Assembly: GCA_024694365.1 (NCBI GenBank)
Contig: JAILJX010000124.1
Span: 49-64,048, forward strand
From: Kiritimatiellia bacterium
GTDB taxonomy: Bacteria; Verrucomicrobiota; Kiritimatiellia; RFP12; UBA1067
DNA length: 64,000 nucleotides
Direction: 5' to 3'
Shown here: one piece after another, positions 61,102-64,000 of the stretch
How positions within the stretch are numbered: the first letter of the stretch is position 1
Layout: each line of letters begins with the position of its first letter
Position numbers and translations under genes: made by a program
Notes under the pieces: model-generated
What the model was told of the DNA's origin: nothing
Seen by the model: the letters and a program-made list of their open reading frames with translations, nothing else
Database searches by the model: none

Positions 61102-61174
61102 ACGCGCCCTTGCCGATCCCAGGCGATGTCCGCAGGGAGGGGGGCGAAGGTATGATGCAAAGGAAATATGTGCA

Positions 61175-62926
61175 ATGTCGATAGGTAAGACTCTCGCTTG
61201 TCTCGTCGTTCTCGCCGGGATGTCCGCGTTCGGATTCGAATATGACGTCAGCGAGCCGCTGATCAAGCCGCGCTGCAAGGGCGCGGAGCCGGGGGAATGG
61301 ACTCTCGACAGGGAGAGCGCGTTCGCGAAAGCGAAAGCCGAAGGGAAGTGCACCATTCTGCTTCTTACCGGCGGCTGGTGGTGTCCGTTCTGCCACACGC
61401 TGGAAAAGACGGTGCTCGTGAACGAAAAGTGGCAATCGTACGTCGAGGAGCGCGGATTCTATCTTGCCGAGATGGACTTCCCCTACCGCTACGACGTCCC
61501 CGAGGGACAGGAGTGGAAGAGCTGGCGTCCCGAACTCGGCAAGGGCTGGGGATTCAAGTGCTGGTACATGAATCCCGAATATCTGGCCGAAAACGGAATG
61601 GCTCCCGAGGAAGGGCTGGACATAATCCAAAACGACTACGTCCTCCAGGGCGAGATTGCGACGGCGAATTCGCAGTCGTTCACGATGAAGACCTGGGACG
61701 GTTCTTCGGAGTTCACCTACAAGCGCGTCGCCTATGCCGTCCTTGTCGTGTACGGTCCGGACGGATCGGAGCTTGGCCGGGTGGATTTTCCGTGGTACAG
61801 CACGTCCAAGGTGACGGCTTCCGAGGCGCAGGAGTTCGAGATTCAGGCTGTCGAGCAGATACTCAACGGTAAGTGCGACCTTTGCGAGGATCCCGTCGGC
61901 TCAGCAGTGGACACGTCATGCGCGAACACGTATGACGGATGGCTTTCGGATGCGGACGGAATCTCCGGCGAGGCGACTTTCAGGCTTGGCCGCAGGAATT
62001 CGCGCGGCATGGTGAAGGTCTCCGGCTCTGTGAAGATAGGCGGGAAAAAGACCCGTTTCAGGCCCGTGTACGCGGCCGATGTGGCGGAAGGCGTCGTGCT
62101 GGAGAAGAACGGCGTCGTCGCGACAGTCTCTTTCGGCAGCTCCGGCATGGAGGGAACAGTCGTCTGCGATGGCGTCGGACACTCGGTCTCCGGCGCCCGC
62201 AGGGTCCCCAAGACGCAGTTCACCCCCGGAATGTGGAACATCGTGCTCAAGAGCGATGCCTCTTCCGCCTCGCCGTTCGCAAGGGGATACGGAACGCTCA
62301 ACGTGAACGTCAGGGCCAACGGGAAGGTGAAGGTCTCCGGCACTCTCGGGGACGGGAAGAGCGTGAACCTTTCGGCGCGCGCGATTGCCGGCGAGAACGG
62401 GGTCTTCTGCGTTCCCGTCAAGGCTTCCATGTATTCGCGCAAGGGTGGGTTCGGATTCGTCCTGTGGTTCAAAGACGGCAAATATCTGAACGCGACGGAC
62501 ATCGCGCCGTGGATCGCAGCCGGGAAGAATTCGTTCTCGACGGGCTACAGCGTCGCCACGACCTTGTCCCCGGGCGTGGAGGCGGCGGAGGAGGAGATGG
62601 ACCTCTCGCTGATGAACGTGGACTACGGCGAGGAGATCTCCGGGCGCGCGCTGCTGTACGATCCTTCCATGGACATCGTCAGCGTGGACGGCAGGAAGTG
62701 GAAGGGCACCGAAGCCACACTTTTCAAGGCAGTGTGCAACCAAAGGACTGGCGTCCTCAAGGGCACTTTCGTCTTCTTCACGGGCGAGGACGAATCGCGT
62801 CCGAAGAAGGTGACGGCGAAATTCCGCGGCGTCGTGATGGGCGGCTCTGGCTACGGAACGGTGGTCGTGAGGAACGCGGGCAGCTGGGCCGTCAAGATTT
62901 CGGCCTGCGGCAGCTGCGGGGAGTGA
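61175..62926 (+). CDS. Secreted thioredoxin-fold (CxxC) protein with large beta-rich C-terminal region
   Basis: 583 aa. Signal peptide MSIGKTLACLVVLAGMSAFG. LLLTGGWWCPFCHTLEK thioredoxin-like motif. The C-terminal ~330 aa share motifs with the 38326-39762 protein. Confidence 0.6.
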   Translation: MSIGKTLACLVVLAGMSAFGFEYDVSEPLIKPRCKGAEPGEWTLDRESAFAKAKAEGKCTILLLTGGWWCPFCHTLEKTVLVNEKWQSYVEERGFYLAEMDFPYRYDVPEGQEWKSWRPELGKGWGFKCWYMNPEYLAENGMAPEEGLDIIQNDYVLQGEIATANSQSFTMKTWDGSSEFTYKRVAYAVLVVYGPDGSELGRVDFPWYSTSKVTASEAQEFEIQAVEQILNGKCDLCEDPVGSAVDTSCANTYDGWLSDADGISGEATFRLGRRNSRGMVKVSGSVKIGGKKTRFRPVYAADVAEGVVLEKNGVVATVSFGSSGMEGTVVCDGVGHSVSGARRVPKTQFTPGMWNIVLKSDASSASPFARGYGTLNVNVRANGKVKVSGTLGDGKSVNLSARAIAGENGVFCVPVKASMYSRKGGFGFVLWFKDGKYLNATDIAPWIAAGKNSFSTGYSVATTLSPGVEAAEEEMDLSLMNVDYGEEISGRALLYDPSMDIVSVDGRKWKGTEATLFKAVCNQRTGVLKGTFVFFTGEDESRPKKVTAKFRGVVMGGSGYGTVVVRNAGSWAVKISACGSCGE

Positions 62927-62932
62927 GCGGAC

Positions 62933-63442
62933 ATGAAGCTTTCCGCCCAGACGAGGACTGCGATGAGGATTCTCCTGCAGGTCGGCTCATCGCAGGATCT
63001 CGTCTCCACACGCACCATCGCCGACGCCCAGGGGATGTCGCAGAAATTCATAACGACCGTGATCGTTCCCCTTAAGCGCGCCGGCTTTATCGACGTCAAG
63101 CGCGGGGTGAAGGGCGGCATCGCGCTGGCGAAGGCGCCTTCCGGGATTTCGATTGTGGACGTCATGGAGACCTTTCAGGGGCCGATCAGGCTTCTCGAAT
63201 GCCTTTCAGAGTCGCAGGCGTGTCCGCAGAAGCCGAAGTGTCCGCTTCACGCCGGCTGCAGGAAGATCAATGCGGCGCTGAAGGAGACTCTCGGACGCTT
63301 CACCCTTGCCGATGGACTCAAGGAGCTTGCAGAGCTGCGGCGGCAGAATCCCGACGACCCCGACTCCTGCCTGAGAAAGGGCGTTTTCATAGAGCGCCTC
63401 CTTTCCGGGGAAAACGCCGGGAGAACCTGGCGGGGATGCTAG
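62933..63442 (+). CDS. Rrf2-family transcriptional regulator (Cys-rich, possible Fe-S sensor)
   Basis: 169 aa. wHTH STRTIADAQGMSQKFITTVIVPLKRAGFIDVKRGVKGG. Cys cluster ECLSESQACPQKPKCPLHAGC. Starts 6 nt after the upstream stop. Confidence 0.85.
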   Translation: MKLSAQTRTAMRILLQVGSSQDLVSTRTIADAQGMSQKFITTVIVPLKRAGFIDVKRGVKGGIALAKAPSGISIVDVMETFQGPIRLLECLSESQACPQKPKCPLHAGCRKINAALKETLGRFTLADGLKELAELRRQNPDDPDSCLRKGVFIERLLSGENAGRTWRGC

Positions 63443-63449
63443 AGGCGGA

Positions 63450-63956
63450 TCAGTCGGCCTTTTCGGCCGATGGCTCCTTCAGCGGGATCCGCAGCTTGTA
63501 CAGCGTCTCCAAGGCCTGGCGGTCGCCGTTTGCAGCCGCCTTGCGCCACCATTTTGCGGCTTCCTTGCGGTCCACCTCGACTCCGAACCCCGCTGCGTAG
63601 GATCCGCCCAGGAAGTATTGCGCCTTCGCGTCGCCGAGCTCCGCGCCGCGCCTGTACCATTTCACGGCTTCGGCGGTGTTTTTATCCACGCCTTCGCCCA
63701 TCCTGTAGCACTCCCCGAGATTCGCCATCGCAGGCGCGTAGTCCTGCTCGGCGGCCATCCTGAGCCACTTCGCGGCTTCCGTGCGGTCCACCTCGACGCC
63801 TTCCTTGCCGTATCCGTACGCCTCGCCGAGCCATGTCTGCGCGGCCGCGTCGCCGTCAGCAGCGGCGTCCTTCATCATATCCACCTTGCCGGTCCTGCAG
63901 CCGGCGGCAAGTGCGGCTGCGAGCGCCGCTGCGAGAATCGCTGTTCCGGTTCTCAT
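63450..63956 (-). CDS. Sel1-repeat (TPR-like) lipoprotein
   Basis: 168 aa. Lipobox LAAGC. Three Sel1 repeats (AQTWLGEAYGYGKEGV, AMANLGECYRMGEGV, AQYFLGGSYAAGFGV). SD AGGAGGGA. Confidence 0.85.
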   Translation of the reverse strand: MRTGTAILAAALAAALAAGCRTGKVDMMKDAAADGDAAAQTWLGEAYGYGKEGVEVDRTEAAKWLRMAAEQDYAPAMANLGECYRMGEGVDKNTAEAVKWYRRGAELGDAKAQYFLGGSYAAGFGVEVDRKEAAKWWRKAAANGDRQALETLYKLRIPLKEPSAEKAD

Positions 63957-64000
63957 GCTTTCCCTCCTGTATGTTTTCGTTGAATCGAACGGCGTATATT

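Overview
GC-rich bacterial chromosomal segment. I saw no rRNA, tRNA, CRISPR, IS or phage genes. About 55 genes are well supported, nearly all on the + strand. From 0 to 13.6 kb the genes are housekeeping: a 5'-truncated Ig-repeat surface protein, ilvE, recJ, an RRM RNA-binding protein, bioA-bioD, galE, pyrK-pyrD, an LptF/G-type permease and exbB-exbD-tonB. From 13.6 to 24.5 kb lies a compact T2SS/type IV pilus-like operon: pilT, two GspG-like pseudopilins, two small bitopic proteins, a short GspE, GspF, a secretin and two large paralogous prepilin-type proteins. It is followed by a MacB/FtsX-type ABC pair, a sulfatase, a GH2 glycosidase, an RluA-family synthase, HtrA and a PDZ-only protein. 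From 36.2 to 47.9 kb there are three secreted beta-helix or low-complexity proteins, the last a 2,619-aa modular giant. The stand-out is at 47.9-61.0 kb: a 17-gene, translationally coupled injectisome (non-flagellar T3SS) operon. It encodes SctC, W, V, D, F, I, J, K, L and N plus a full Ysc-type accessory set (YscB/SycN-, YscE/YscG- and YscX/YscY-like proteins, TyeA-like tail fused to SctW). The operon stops directly after sctN, so sctO/P/Q/R/S/T/U, the tip protein and the translocators are not in the window. It also has an unassignable gene wedged between sctC and sctW, a long charged tail on the secretin, and a rearranged gene order. Several genes carry extended -10 boxes (TGnTATAAT) only 6-10 nt from the start codon, which implies leaderless mRNAs. 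The background (AFTLIEL-type prepilins, class 1B DHODH, sulfatase/GH2, Sel1) looks like an anaerobic PVC-type organism (Lentisphaerota/Kiritimatiellota/Verrucomicrobiota-like) rather than a gamma-proteobacterium. That taxonomic placement is inference only and needs a database search.
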